A stretch of DNA of 37,753 bases from Campylobacteraceae bacterium (lineage in GTDB: Bacteria; Campylobacterota; Campylobacteria; Campylobacterales; Campylobacteraceae): the NCBI GenBank assembly GCA_012521935.1, contig JAAYLJ010000014.1:1-37753 (forward strand), written 5' to 3'. Within the stretch, counting starts at the first letter, position 1; each line of letters begins with the position of its first letter. A program made the translations under genes and the position numbers. A model generated the notes under the pieces. The model saw nothing but the letters and a program-made list of their open reading frames with translations, searched no databases and had not been told where the DNA came from. This document shows positions 18,700-27,807 of this stretch, piece after piece.

Positions 18700-20119
18700 A
18701 TTAATTACCCATTTTGTGTTCATGATGGCTTTAGGCTACTACCTAATAACCGCTCTTCAATGGTATAGCTATAAAATTAAAAGAGTACTATTTCACTACA
18801 ATAAGCCAGCTTGGCATTTTCTTTTTTTTATTTTGCCCATATTTATCTACTATTTTGCAGGTAAATGGGCTTGGATATATATCTATTTTGCTTACATTCC
18901 ATGGCTTATTGCGTGGCATAAAAGACTTGATAAGCCTTTGGTTTTTACAAAAAGAGTTAAAAGATTTTTAACATTTTTAGCATTTTTTACTATATTTCAA
19001 GATTTATTATGTTTTTTTACACAAAAATGTGTAAATTATGGACTATTTTTACCAATCATCGCCGCTATTTTCTTTGGTACTTTTTATGAAAAATTACTTT
19101 TTCATGGATTTTATAAAAGGGCTCAAAAAAAATTGAAAAAAAATCCAAATCTAATTATCATCGCCATTACTGCGAGCTTTGGCAAAACAAGCATAAAGCA
19201 CTTTTTATATGAAATTCTTTCAAAAAAATATAAGTGCTACCATAGTCCAAATAGCATAAATACCCTTACTGGCTTAGTGCAAGATGTTAACACTTCATTA
19301 AGTGAAGATGTGGAGGTTTATATTGCAGAAGCAGGAGCTAGAGAGGAGGGGGACATTGAGGAGATTGCTAAATTTTTAGAACCTCAAGTTGTCATTGTAG
19401 GGGAGATTGGATTGCAACATATTGAGTATTTTAAAACGCTAGAAAGAGTAAGAAATACTAAAATGGAGCTTACTTTGTCTCCTTCATTAAAAAAAGCTTT
19501 TGTACACAAAAGTGCAAATATAGCGCCTAGTGAAGTGGTGGTAGAGTATGGAGATGAGTTAGTTGAGATAGATGCTAGTTTGGAAGGGACTATATTTAAA
19601 ACCCTAATAGAAGGAAAAGAAGATAGTTTTGAAACACCTATTTTAGGGGAGTTTAGTGCAAGAAATTTACTTGCTGCTATCTTAGTTGCAAAATATTTAA
19701 AAGTTGATGATTTGAAAATAAAAGATGCCATAAAAAACTTAAAACATACTCCTCATAGATTAGAACCCATAAGGGTAGGTGGTAAGCTCATTTTAGATGA
19801 TAGTTACAATGGAAACCGCTCTGGGATGGAGCTTTCTTATAAGTTAGCATCATTATTTTTAGGAAGAAAGGTTTTAATAACTCCTGGGATAGTTGAGAGC
19901 AATGATAGTGAAAATGCACTTCTAGGCAAAGCGATAAATGAAGTATTTGATGTAGTGATAATCTCATCACCTTTAAATGCACAAGTTTTGCTAAAAGAGT
20001 TAAAAAAACCAAAGGTACATATCTTAAAAGATAAGAAAAAATTAGAAGAGCTTTTAGCCGCAGTAACTAAAGAGGGGGATCTCATTTTATTTTCAAATGA
20101 TGCCCCTAGTTACATTTGA
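18686..20119 (+). CDS. murF: UDP-N-acetylmuramoyl-tripeptide--D-alanyl-D-alanine ligase with an N-terminal polytopic membrane domain
   Basis: GTG start. Mur-ligase P-loop ITASFGKTS (aa about 161-169), Mur-ligase central-domain string YIAEAGAREEGDI, and a MurF-type DDSYNGN near the C-terminal domain. Residues about 5-135 form about five aromatic-rich hydrophobic spans. Confidence 0.8.
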   Translation: MKIFELITHFVFMMALGYYLITALQWYSYKIKRVLFHYNKPAWHFLFFILPIFIYYFAGKWAWIYIYFAYIPWLIAWHKRLDKPLVFTKRVKRFLTFLAFFTIFQDLLCFFTQKCVNYGLFLPIIAAIFFGTFYEKLLFHGFYKRAQKKLKKNPNLIIIAITASFGKTSIKHFLYEILSKKYKCYHSPNSINTLTGLVQDVNTSLSEDVEVYIAEAGAREEGDIEEIAKFLEPQVVIVGEIGLQHIEYFKTLERVRNTKMELTLSPSLKKAFVHKSANIAPSEVVVEYGDELVEIDASLEGTIFKTLIEGKEDSFETPILGEFSARNLLAAILVAKYLKVDDLKIKDAIKNLKHTPHRLEPIRVGGKLILDDSYNGNRSGMELSYKLASLFLGRKVLITPGIVESNDSENALLGKAINEVFDVVIISSPLNAQVLLKELKKPKVHILKDKKKLEELLAAVTKEGDLILFSNDAPSYI

Positions 20120-21296
20120 CAACTCTTTTAGTCTCTAGGGCTATCTCAAGCTCTTCATCTGTTGGCACAACTAAGATTTTTACTCCTTGGCCATCTTTGC
20201 TAATGTCGCAAATTGCTCCTCTTTGGATGCTTTTATTTTTTATAGAGTCTATCTCTATTCCCAAAATTTGTAGCTTATTGCAAATTTTATATCTTAAATC
20301 ACTATCATTTTCTCCAATGCCGCCTGTAAAAATAAGAGCATCAACTCTATTTAATACCGCGCTATAAGCCCCAATATATTTTTTAATCCTATATGCAAAC
20401 ATTTCAATGGCTAAAATGGCTTTCTCATCCCCATCTTGTGCCATTTGTCTAACTTCTCTCATATCGCTTTTGCCACAAATTCCACGCAAACCACTTTGCT
20501 TATTTAGCAACTCATCAAACTCTTTCACCCCATAATTTAACTCTTTATGCAAATAAAAGAGAATGGCAGGATCTATATCACCACTTCTAGTACCCATTAT
20601 TAAGCCCTCAAGCGGTGAGAGCCCCATGGATGTATCCACGCTTTTACCATTACTAATAGCAGTTGCACTTGCTCCATTTCCTAAGTGTAAAGAGATAGCA
20701 TTAAAGTCTTCTTGTGCAATATTTAAAAATTTAGCTGCCTCTTTTGAGACATAATGGTGCGATGTTCCATGAAAACCATACTTTTTAACATCCATTTTTT
20801 CATATAATTCATATGGAATTGCGTAAGTGTGAGCATAATTTGGGATAGTTTTATGAAATGCTGTATCAAAAACAGCAACATGTTTTACCCCCTTGCTTTG
20901 CCTAATTGCAATCTCTATACCTACAATATGAGAAGGATTGTGAAGAGGGGCTAGGGGTGAAATCTCTTTTAACCTTTCTATGACACTCTCATCAATTAAA
21001 ATTGGCTTAGAAAAGCTTTTTCCACCATGAACTACGCGGTGTCCTATGGCGTCAAGCTCTTGCAAAGAGTTTAAAGCACCACTTTCAAAAAGAGCCCTCT
21101 CCATAGCCAAAAAGCCCTCTTCATGATTTTTAATAGTGGTTTTTTTAGTTATCTTCTCTTTAGTTAAAAGGCTAATAGTTGAACTATCTCCACCCACCTC
21201 TTCAATAATCCCTGAAGCTAGTCTATTTTTTTTATCTAAATTAAAAAGTTGAAACTTAATGGAAGAGCTTCCTGAGTTTATAACAAGTACTCTCAT
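20106..21296 (-). CDS. ackA: Acetate kinase
   Basis: MRVLVINSGSSSIKFQLF N-terminus, GHRVVHGG, FHGTSH. 396 aa. Immediately downstream of pta. Confidence 0.95.
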   Translation of the reverse strand: MRVLVINSGSSSIKFQLFNLDKKNRLASGIIEEVGGDSSTISLLTKEKITKKTTIKNHEEGFLAMERALFESGALNSLQELDAIGHRVVHGGKSFSKPILIDESVIERLKEISPLAPLHNPSHIVGIEIAIRQSKGVKHVAVFDTAFHKTIPNYAHTYAIPYELYEKMDVKKYGFHGTSHHYVSKEAAKFLNIAQEDFNAISLHLGNGASATAISNGKSVDTSMGLSPLEGLIMGTRSGDIDPAILFYLHKELNYGVKEFDELLNKQSGLRGICGKSDMREVRQMAQDGDEKAILAIEMFAYRIKKYIGAYSAVLNRVDALIFTGGIGENDSDLRYKICNKLQILGIEIDSIKNKSIQRGAICDISKDGQGVKILVVPTDEELEIALETKRVVKCN

Positions 21297-23387
21297 CTAC
21301 TCTCCTTGAGCTTGAATTGCAGTAATTACAACAGTATTTACAATATCTTCGACTAAGCAACCTCTGCTTAAATCATTAATTGGTTTCCTTAAACCCTGCA
21401 AAACAGGCCCAATGGCTAAAGCTCCAGAAGATCTTTGTACTGCTTTATAGGTATTGTTACCTGTATTTAAATCTGGAAATATAAAAACAGTAGCCTTACC
21501 TGCAACTTTGCTACCAGGTAGTTTTGCTTGCGCAACCAAGGGATCTATGGCAGCGTCATATTGGATTGGTCCTTCTATAAGCAAGTCTGGTCTTAACTCT
21601 TTTGCTTTTTTGGTAGCTAATCTAACTTTTTCAACCTCGCTTCCCCTTCCTGAATCGCCAGTTGAATAAGAGAGCATTGCGACTTTTGGCTCAATCCCAA
21701 AAGCTTTTGCTGTATCAGCAGATGAGATAGCAATTTGTGCTAACTCCTTAGCATTTGGATCTTGATTTACAGCACAATCCCCATAAACTAAAACTCTAGT
21801 TTGTAAACACATAAAAAATACGCTTGAAACTACGGAAACATTATCTTTTGTTTTAATGATTTGAAGAGCAGGGCGAATGGTTTCAGCCGTTGTATTAATA
21901 GCTCCTGCTACCATTCCATCCGCGTATCCTAAATGCACCATCATAGTTGCAAAATAGACACTATTTACCATAGCATCTTTTGCTGCGGCCATTTTTAAAC
22001 CCTTATGTTTTCTTAAATCATAAAAGACGGTTGTAAACTCTTCAAGAAATTCAGAGTTTGTAGGATTGATGATTTTAACCCCTCTTAAGTCAAGCCCTAA
22101 GCTTAAAGCTTGATGCATTACATCATTTTCATCACCAAGAAGTATGACATTCACAACATCTCTTCTTAGTAGCATTTCAGTAGCTCTTAATATTCGTGGA
22201 TCTTTACTTTCTGGAAGAACGATTGTTTTTTTATCTTGCCTTGCTTTTTCAAAAAGACTGTATTCAAACATAATTGGAGTTATGGATTGGGATTTAACTG
22301 TAGTAATCTTCTCTTCAATCTTAAATTTATCTACATTAGCATTATAACTTCCCATAGCTAGAGCAATTTTTCTTTTGCTTTGCGGCGTAATTTTAGCAGG
22401 TACCCTCTCTACCATTAAAGCTGTTTGAAATGTATCGTGTGGGCTTATTAGAACAGGTAAGCTAAATTGATTTAAACCTTTAATAAGAGATAAAATTGAC
22501 TCTTTTGGAGTAAAACCACCTGTTAAAACTATCCCAGCAATAGTTGGAAACTGTTTTGAATAGTTAGCAACTATGGTTGCTATCATTATTTCAGGCCTAT
22601 CTCCAGGAACTATTACTAAATCCCCATCCTCAAGCCTGTCTAAAAAGTGCTCTAGTGTCATTGCTGCAACTTTGCACTGCCTTACAACTCTTCTTAAATC
22701 TTGCTCATCTCCTAAAATAAGCTCACTTTTTAACTTTTTTTTAACCTCAGCAATAGTTGGTGAGTCTAACTCTGGAATTTCAGGTAGTAAAAAAATGGGA
22801 GATTTACTCAATCTATCTAAGTTTTTCTCCTGTTTTAGGGCTTTAAAGACATCTTCACTTAATCTATTTGCAAAAGTAGCAAAATGAATACAGCCCTCTT
22901 TTACAATGGCTTTAGACTCTATGCTAATCTCTTCACTAACCTCTTTTAAAGATTTATTGCTTCCATTTAATACACTTACAATAGGAGAGCCTAAATGTTT
23001 TGCAATTTCAATATTTATATCAAAATCAAAAGATGAAGTAAAAGAACCACTACTAAGTCCCTCACAAAGGATAAAATCATAATGTTTGCTTAAGAGTTGA
23101 AATTTATCGATGATTTGCTCAATCAGTTCTCTAGTTTTTCCTTTGGCCACCATAGATTCTACTTCATCAACGCAAAAACCATAAGCTTCATCATACTCTT
23201 GGGATAGTGCAAAATGTTCAAGCATGAAGATGATGTCGCCATCTTTTTCTTTTTTTGTTGGGATTACTGGTCTAAAGAATGCTACTTTATCTATTCTAAT
23301 TTTTAGCATCTCCATAAGTCCCATAGAGACGATTAAACTCCCAGCTCCAGGCTCAAGCGATGATATGTACAAACTTTTTGTCTGCAT
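21297..23387 (-). CDS. pta: Phosphate acetyltransferase (long form with an N-terminal regulatory/P-loop-like domain)
   Basis: 696 aa. C-terminal PTA_PTB-type region (YGDCAVNQDPNAKELAQIA, GPVLQGLRKPINDLSRG). Confidence 0.92.
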   Translation of the reverse strand: MQTKSLYISSLEPGAGSLIVSMGLMEMLKIRIDKVAFFRPVIPTKKEKDGDIIFMLEHFALSQEYDEAYGFCVDEVESMVAKGKTRELIEQIIDKFQLLSKHYDFILCEGLSSGSFTSSFDFDINIEIAKHLGSPIVSVLNGSNKSLKEVSEEISIESKAIVKEGCIHFATFANRLSEDVFKALKQEKNLDRLSKSPIFLLPEIPELDSPTIAEVKKKLKSELILGDEQDLRRVVRQCKVAAMTLEHFLDRLEDGDLVIVPGDRPEIMIATIVANYSKQFPTIAGIVLTGGFTPKESILSLIKGLNQFSLPVLISPHDTFQTALMVERVPAKITPQSKRKIALAMGSYNANVDKFKIEEKITTVKSQSITPIMFEYSLFEKARQDKKTIVLPESKDPRILRATEMLLRRDVVNVILLGDENDVMHQALSLGLDLRGVKIINPTNSEFLEEFTTVFYDLRKHKGLKMAAAKDAMVNSVYFATMMVHLGYADGMVAGAINTTAETIRPALQIIKTKDNVSVVSSVFFMCLQTRVLVYGDCAVNQDPNAKELAQIAISSADTAKAFGIEPKVAMLSYSTGDSGRGSEVEKVRLATKKAKELRPDLLIEGPIQYDAAIDPLVAQAKLPGSKVAGKATVFIFPDLNTGNNTYKAVQRSSGALAIGPVLQGLRKPINDLSRGCLVEDIVNTVVITAIQAQGE

Positions 23388-23516
23388 TTAACTCCTTTAG
23401 AGACTCCAATTTTGCAAGATTAGCATAAATTTATGATAAAAGAATAATAAACTTAACCTTTTCAAAATTTTATCATTATCTTGTAAGTTAAAGGCTTAAG
23501 TTTTAAACTTTAAAAA

Positions 23517-23533
23517 TGGAACTCTATTTGCTT
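23517..23533 (+). promoter_or_regulatory. Sigma54 (RpoN) -24/-12 promoter of flgH
   Basis: TGGAAC-TCTAT-TTGCTT: GG (23518-23519) and GC (23530-23531) are separated by exactly 10 nt, matching TGGAAC-N5-TTGCTT. It lies about 35 nt upstream of the flgH ATG, with a GGAG Shine-Dalgarno at 23557-23560. Confidence 0.8.
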
Positions 23534-23565
23534 AAATTGTTTAGTTTATACAACATGGAGTAAGA

Positions 23566-24279
23566 ATGAGATATTTAATAACATATTCACTTTTTTTGTC
23601 ACTTTTTTTGACAGGTTGCGCTACAACTGTTGCTGATCCAAAGATAGATATGTCGCCACCAGCTTATGTAGAAGAGTTGCCACCAAAAGCACCTGCTAGC
23701 AATATATCTCACCCAGGTTCTTTATTTGGAAGAGGGGACAATCCTTTGTTTGGCGATAGAAAAGCTATGAATCCAAATGATATTGTTACAGTATTTATAA
23801 GTGAAAGTCTTATTCAAAGCTCAAAAGCAAGCAAGAGTCTTTCAAAGTCAAACACTAGCAATCTTGGAGGTGGAGCAATCACAAATGGGGTGCCAAATAC
23901 TCCATTAGCACCTGTAACTGATGAAAGTAATAAATATACTAGCATTGGATTTGAAACAAACTCTGGCAGTAATTTTGCAGGTAGTGGATCAAACTCTAGA
24001 AATGAGAGTTTTTCTACAACTATATCTGCAAGAATTATTAAAGTGATGAATAACGGTAACTACTTCATTGAAGGTAGTAGAGAGTTACTTTTAAATGGAG
24101 AGAAGCAAGTTATTCAAATAAGTGGAGTGATTAGGCCTTATGATATTTCACAAAACAATCAAATCGACTCCAAACATATTGCTGACGCAAAAATACTATA
24201 TTTAAGTCAAGGCGATATTCATAAAAGTTCAGTCAAGCCTTGGGGTACAAAGATTATAGAATCTATTTGGCCCTTTTAG
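23566..24279 (+). CDS. flgH: Flagellar L-ring lipoprotein
   Basis: Lipobox LFLTGC. FlgH-type C-terminal region (ISARIIKVMNNGNYFIEGSRELLLNGEKQVIQISGVIRPYDI). 237 aa. Confidence 0.9.
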   Translation: MRYLITYSLFLSLFLTGCATTVADPKIDMSPPAYVEELPPKAPASNISHPGSLFGRGDNPLFGDRKAMNPNDIVTVFISESLIQSSKASKSLSKSNTSNLGGGAITNGVPNTPLAPVTDESNKYTSIGFETNSGSNFAGSGSNSRNESFSTTISARIIKVMNNGNYFIEGSRELLLNGEKQVIQISGVIRPYDISQNNQIDSKHIADAKILYLSQGDIHKSSVKPWGTKIIESIWPF

Positions 24280-25517
24280 TTCTTAACTGCTTGCGCCATA
24301 TCCCACATTGGCATGAAAATGCCAAGAGCTAGTAAAAGCACAATGGCTGCAATAAAGCCAATTAATATTGGCTCAATATAGCTTGCGATATTGTCAATGA
24401 TGTTGTTGAATTTTGATTTGAAATAGTTAGTTACCTTTTCAAGCATAGTGTCTAAACTACCACTTTGCTCTCCAGCCCCAATCATTTGGATAAGCATTCC
24501 TTCATAAAGGCCTGTCTCTTCAAATGATTTGGTTAAAGAGACTCCTCTTTGAACAGATATTTTAACACCGCTTAATTTTCTTTTTAAAAAACTATTGCTA
24601 ATGGTGAGTAAAGAGGTATCAAGCGCGTCACCCACTGGGATACCAGCTCTTACTAACTCTGTAAAAACAAGATTAAATCTACTCATAGTTGAGTAAAAAA
24701 CTATATCACCAATGAGATATACTTTAAAAATATGTTCATCAACAAAATTTTTAAACTCTTCATTATTGTTGTACATATATTTAGATACAAAAAAAACTCC
24801 AACTATTCCAGCCAATACAAAAAATCCATAATTGCTTATTAAATTCTCTAGCCATAGTAAAATTTTAGTAGGGAGGGGTAGTTCGGATTTGAATTTATCA
24901 AATATAGATTTAAATTTTGGAACTACATAAACCATAAGAATGGTAAAAGCGATAGCGATGGCTATTACTACTGTGATTGGATATCTTATTGCTTTTTTAA
25001 ATTTTTGCCCATTTTCGTAAACTTCTTCCAAAATTTCGGCGAGTTTTTCTAAAGATTCTGCCATATTCCCAGTATTTTCCCCAAGTTCTACCATGGCAAT
25101 GGTAACATCACCTAAATCATCTTTAAAATTGGTTAAAGATTCAGTTAAGCTAAGTCCTGAGTTAAGATCATCGTCAGCTTGAGCAAAAATCTCTTTTAAT
25201 CTTTTGTCTGAAGATGCATTAGAAACCTCTTTTATACTATCGTGTATAGATATGCCAGCATTTGCCATTACGCTTAATTGCCTAATAGCTACAATCAAAG
25301 CTGGCATTTTAACACCCTTTTTAAACATGGTGGCTAAAATTTTATCTTTATATATAGAAAATTGTTCTTCTATTGGAGGTGCGCTTTCAATGACTTTTAA
25401 AACGATGCCAGAAGTTCGGTTTTTAGCAATTGTTAAAGCATCATTTCTATTTTGAGCTTTAAGTAACTTTTTCTCTCTTTTGCCTTTAAATAGGTACTCT
25501 ACTTCAAAATATTTCAT
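24276..25517 (-). CDS. ctsF: GspF/PilC-family inner-membrane platform protein (Cts-type)
   Basis: 413 aa. Two T2SS-F type repeats, each followed by hydrophobic spans, and a C-terminal GIFMPMWDM string typical of GspF/PilC. ATGA overlap with the upstream ATPase gene. Confidence 0.85.
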   Translation of the reverse strand: MKYFEVEYLFKGKREKKLLKAQNRNDALTIAKNRTSGIVLKVIESAPPIEEQFSIYKDKILATMFKKGVKMPALIVAIRQLSVMANAGISIHDSIKEVSNASSDKRLKEIFAQADDDLNSGLSLTESLTNFKDDLGDVTIAMVELGENTGNMAESLEKLAEILEEVYENGQKFKKAIRYPITVVIAIAIAFTILMVYVVPKFKSIFDKFKSELPLPTKILLWLENLISNYGFFVLAGIVGVFFVSKYMYNNNEEFKNFVDEHIFKVYLIGDIVFYSTMSRFNLVFTELVRAGIPVGDALDTSLLTISNSFLKRKLSGVKISVQRGVSLTKSFEETGLYEGMLIQMIGAGEQSGSLDTMLEKVTNYFKSKFNNIIDNIASYIEPILIGFIAAIVLLLALGIFMPMWDMAQAVKN

Positions 25518-27265
25518 GATTTTGTCACCCTTAATATTTCATCAATTGTAGTAACGCCAGAGGCTGCTCTAATTACACCATCTTTAAACATATCGATAAA
25601 TCCTTCGCTTAAAGCCTGTTTATGCAGCTCTTCTTTTGTGGCACCTTGAGCTATCAAGCTAGCAATTTTTTCGCTAATTGGTAAAATTTCAGAAAGCATC
25701 TCTCTTCCTAAGTAGCCTGTTTGAGAGCATTTTTCACACCCAACACTTTTATAAAACTCAAATTTATTAGGTAGATGCTCTTTTATTTGATCAAATAGTG
25801 TTTTTGGTAGATTAACCTTACTTTTACAGTGTGGACATAGTTTTCTAACTAATCTTTGAGCTTCAATAGCTACCAAAGCCCCACTTACTAAATAAGACTC
25901 AATTCCCATATCTAAAACTCTAGTAACAGCACATATAGCGTCATTTGTATGGAGGGTGGAGAAAACTAAATGGCCTGTAAGCGCTGCTTGAATTGCTATG
26001 CGCAGAGTCTCTTGATCTCTAACTTCACCAATCATAATAATATCAGGATCTTGTCTTAGTATTGATCTTAAAGCTGAAGCAAAAGTTAATCCAGCCTTTT
26101 CATTGACTTGAGTTTGTTGGGTTAAATTTAACTGATACTCTACAGGATCTTCTACCGTGATAATCTTAGTTTGTATGCTTTTAATGGCATTTAAAGCGGC
26201 ATATAAAGTGGTTGTTTTACCACTTCCTGTTGGGCCTGTTACAAAAATGATTCCATAAGGAACTTTCATGGCTTGTGAGAATTTTGTAAAATTATCTGGA
26301 TGCATTCCTAGATTTTCAAGCTTTATGACTACTTTTGATTTATCTAAAATTCTTAAAACAATGGATTCACCTTGCATTATAGGAAGTGTTGAAATCCTAA
26401 AGTCATACTCTTTTCCCATTATGCTAGCTGAAAATCTTCCATCTTGGGGTTTTCTTCTCTCTGCTATATCCATATTTGATAAAAGCTTAAGCCTTGAAGA
26501 AAGTGGAGGGTAGATATCTTTATCGAAAATGAAAGCTTCTGTAAGCATTCCATCGATCCTAGTTCTAACTATACAGTTATTTTCTGTTGGCTCAATGTGC
26601 ACATCACTAGCTCTTGATAGGATTGCAGTTTTTAAAATGATTTCAATGAGTTTTAAAATCCCAGAAGACTCTTGAGGATTTTCTGAAGCGCTTGAGGAGA
26701 GCTCTTTTCTAATCTCTGAAATTAAACCCTTAATACTCTCACTTAATTCCATCTTATTTAAATATTTTTCTATCTGATTTGGCTCAGCTACGACTATTTT
26801 TATAAGTTTTCTATTAAATACTCTTTGGATGCCCTCTTGTGCTAGCATATTTGTTGGATCTTTTAATGCTATATATACATTAATTTCATCCTCTTTTATG
26901 GGTAGAGCGCTATATTTTTTAAGTTGCGATAGTGGGGCTTTGCTAGCTATCCTATAGTCAATATCGATTGAGTCTAAATCCATATACTCATATCTTAAAT
27001 TTGCTGCTAAGTTTTTTAGAAAAAAATCAATATCAAGCGAGAGTTCGCTATTTATCTCATCAAAAGAGAGAGTTCCATTTTTGTAAAGCTCTATGGCTAA
27101 GGTTATTAAACTATCTTGATCAAAGATTTTCTCTTCAACTAAAAAAGAGCCAATAGTGCTTACCCCATCTTCAATCTTTTGCTCTATCAAAGAGGCGGTA
27201 TGATTATCTACAATACGGTTTCTATTTAAATATTCAAAAAGTTTTTTTCTTCCTAGCATTACCAA
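25514..27265 (-). CDS. ctsE: GspE/PilB-family secretion/assembly ATPase (Cts-type)
   Basis: Walker A GPTGSGKTTT, Walker B DPDIIMIGEVRD, His box GHLVFSTLHTND, and a tetracysteine motif CPHC...CEKC. 583 aa with a GspE-N-like N-terminal domain. Confidence 0.9.
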   Translation of the reverse strand: MVMLGRKKLFEYLNRNRIVDNHTASLIEQKIEDGVSTIGSFLVEEKIFDQDSLITLAIELYKNGTLSFDEINSELSLDIDFFLKNLAANLRYEYMDLDSIDIDYRIASKAPLSQLKKYSALPIKEDEINVYIALKDPTNMLAQEGIQRVFNRKLIKIVVAEPNQIEKYLNKMELSESIKGLISEIRKELSSSASENPQESSGILKLIEIILKTAILSRASDVHIEPTENNCIVRTRIDGMLTEAFIFDKDIYPPLSSRLKLLSNMDIAERRKPQDGRFSASIMGKEYDFRISTLPIMQGESIVLRILDKSKVVIKLENLGMHPDNFTKFSQAMKVPYGIIFVTGPTGSGKTTTLYAALNAIKSIQTKIITVEDPVEYQLNLTQQTQVNEKAGLTFASALRSILRQDPDIIMIGEVRDQETLRIAIQAALTGHLVFSTLHTNDAICAVTRVLDMGIESYLVSGALVAIEAQRLVRKLCPHCKSKVNLPKTLFDQIKEHLPNKFEFYKSVGCEKCSQTGYLGREMLSEILPISEKIASLIAQGATKEELHKQALSEGFIDMFKDGVIRAASGVTTIDEILRVTKS

Positions 27266-27807
27266 AAAGCCCTTGTTTTAATTAATTTATCTTCTTGAAA
27301 AGTTTTGATTATTAGTTTATAAAAATCATCATTTGATTTAACTACATTAACTCTATATGTAAACTCTTCATCTTTAAAAATGAGCTCATCTCCATTTTTT
27401 TCATAATTTTGAGTGACATAAAGATCAAAAATCGTTGATAATATATGTTTTGTTCTAGGTAGCCTAACATAAGATATGTCAACATTATCAACTAGCGCAT
27501 GGTAGAGTAGTTTTTTTTGATATAAAACAGTTGCAAAATAGACTGAATTTGCCCTAGTTTGTGGAGATCTAATGAGTTTGTTTATAGGGTTTACTGTTCT
27601 ACTTATCATATCTGTTTCCACGCAAGAGTGTCCATACATATTAACAAACTCTTCATTATCGTGATAGTGTTCATAGATTGTAGTAACCTCTTGACTGCAA
27701 ACCTTACTATATTCACCATTTTCATACCAAGTTTTAATAGTTTCAATGGGTATGATGGCATAAGAGTAGAGTGAAAAGAGTGTTAAAAGTGTGAAAAATC
27801 TCATCAT
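27259..27807 (-). CDS. Exported or membrane-anchored protein of unknown function inside the cts-like operon
   Basis: 182 aa. N-terminal hydrophobic signal/anchor (MMRFFTLLTLFSLYSYA) and two Cys residues. No motif I recognise. Coupled by overlaps on both sides (4 nt and 7 nt). It sits in the position immediately upstream of ctsE. Confidence 0.55.
   Translation of the reverse strand: MMRFFTLLTLFSLYSYAIIPIETIKTWYENGEYSKVCSQEVTTIYEHYHDNEEFVNMYGHSCVETDMISRTVNPINKLIRSPQTRANSVYFATVLYQKKLLYHALVDNVDISYVRLPRTKHILSTIFDLYVTQNYEKNGDELIFKDEEFTYRVNVVKSNDDFYKLIIKTFQEDKLIKTRAFW

Noticed and set aside
19384-20085. Three minus-strand ORFs (115, 74 and 82 aa) antisense to murF.
   Set aside because: They overlap each other and the Mur-ligase domains. 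Their composition is typical of antisense frames in AT-rich genes, and there are no start-context signals.
23498-23510. Short palindrome AAGTTT-T-AAACTT just upstream of the sigma54 promoter, considered as an enhancer-binding-protein site.
   Set aside because: It is a 6-bp-arm, AT-only palindrome, which is expected by chance in an AT-rich intergenic region. It is also too close to the -24 element for a typical upstream activator sequence. From memory, Campylobacter FlgR is reported to activate without needing a DNA-binding domain.
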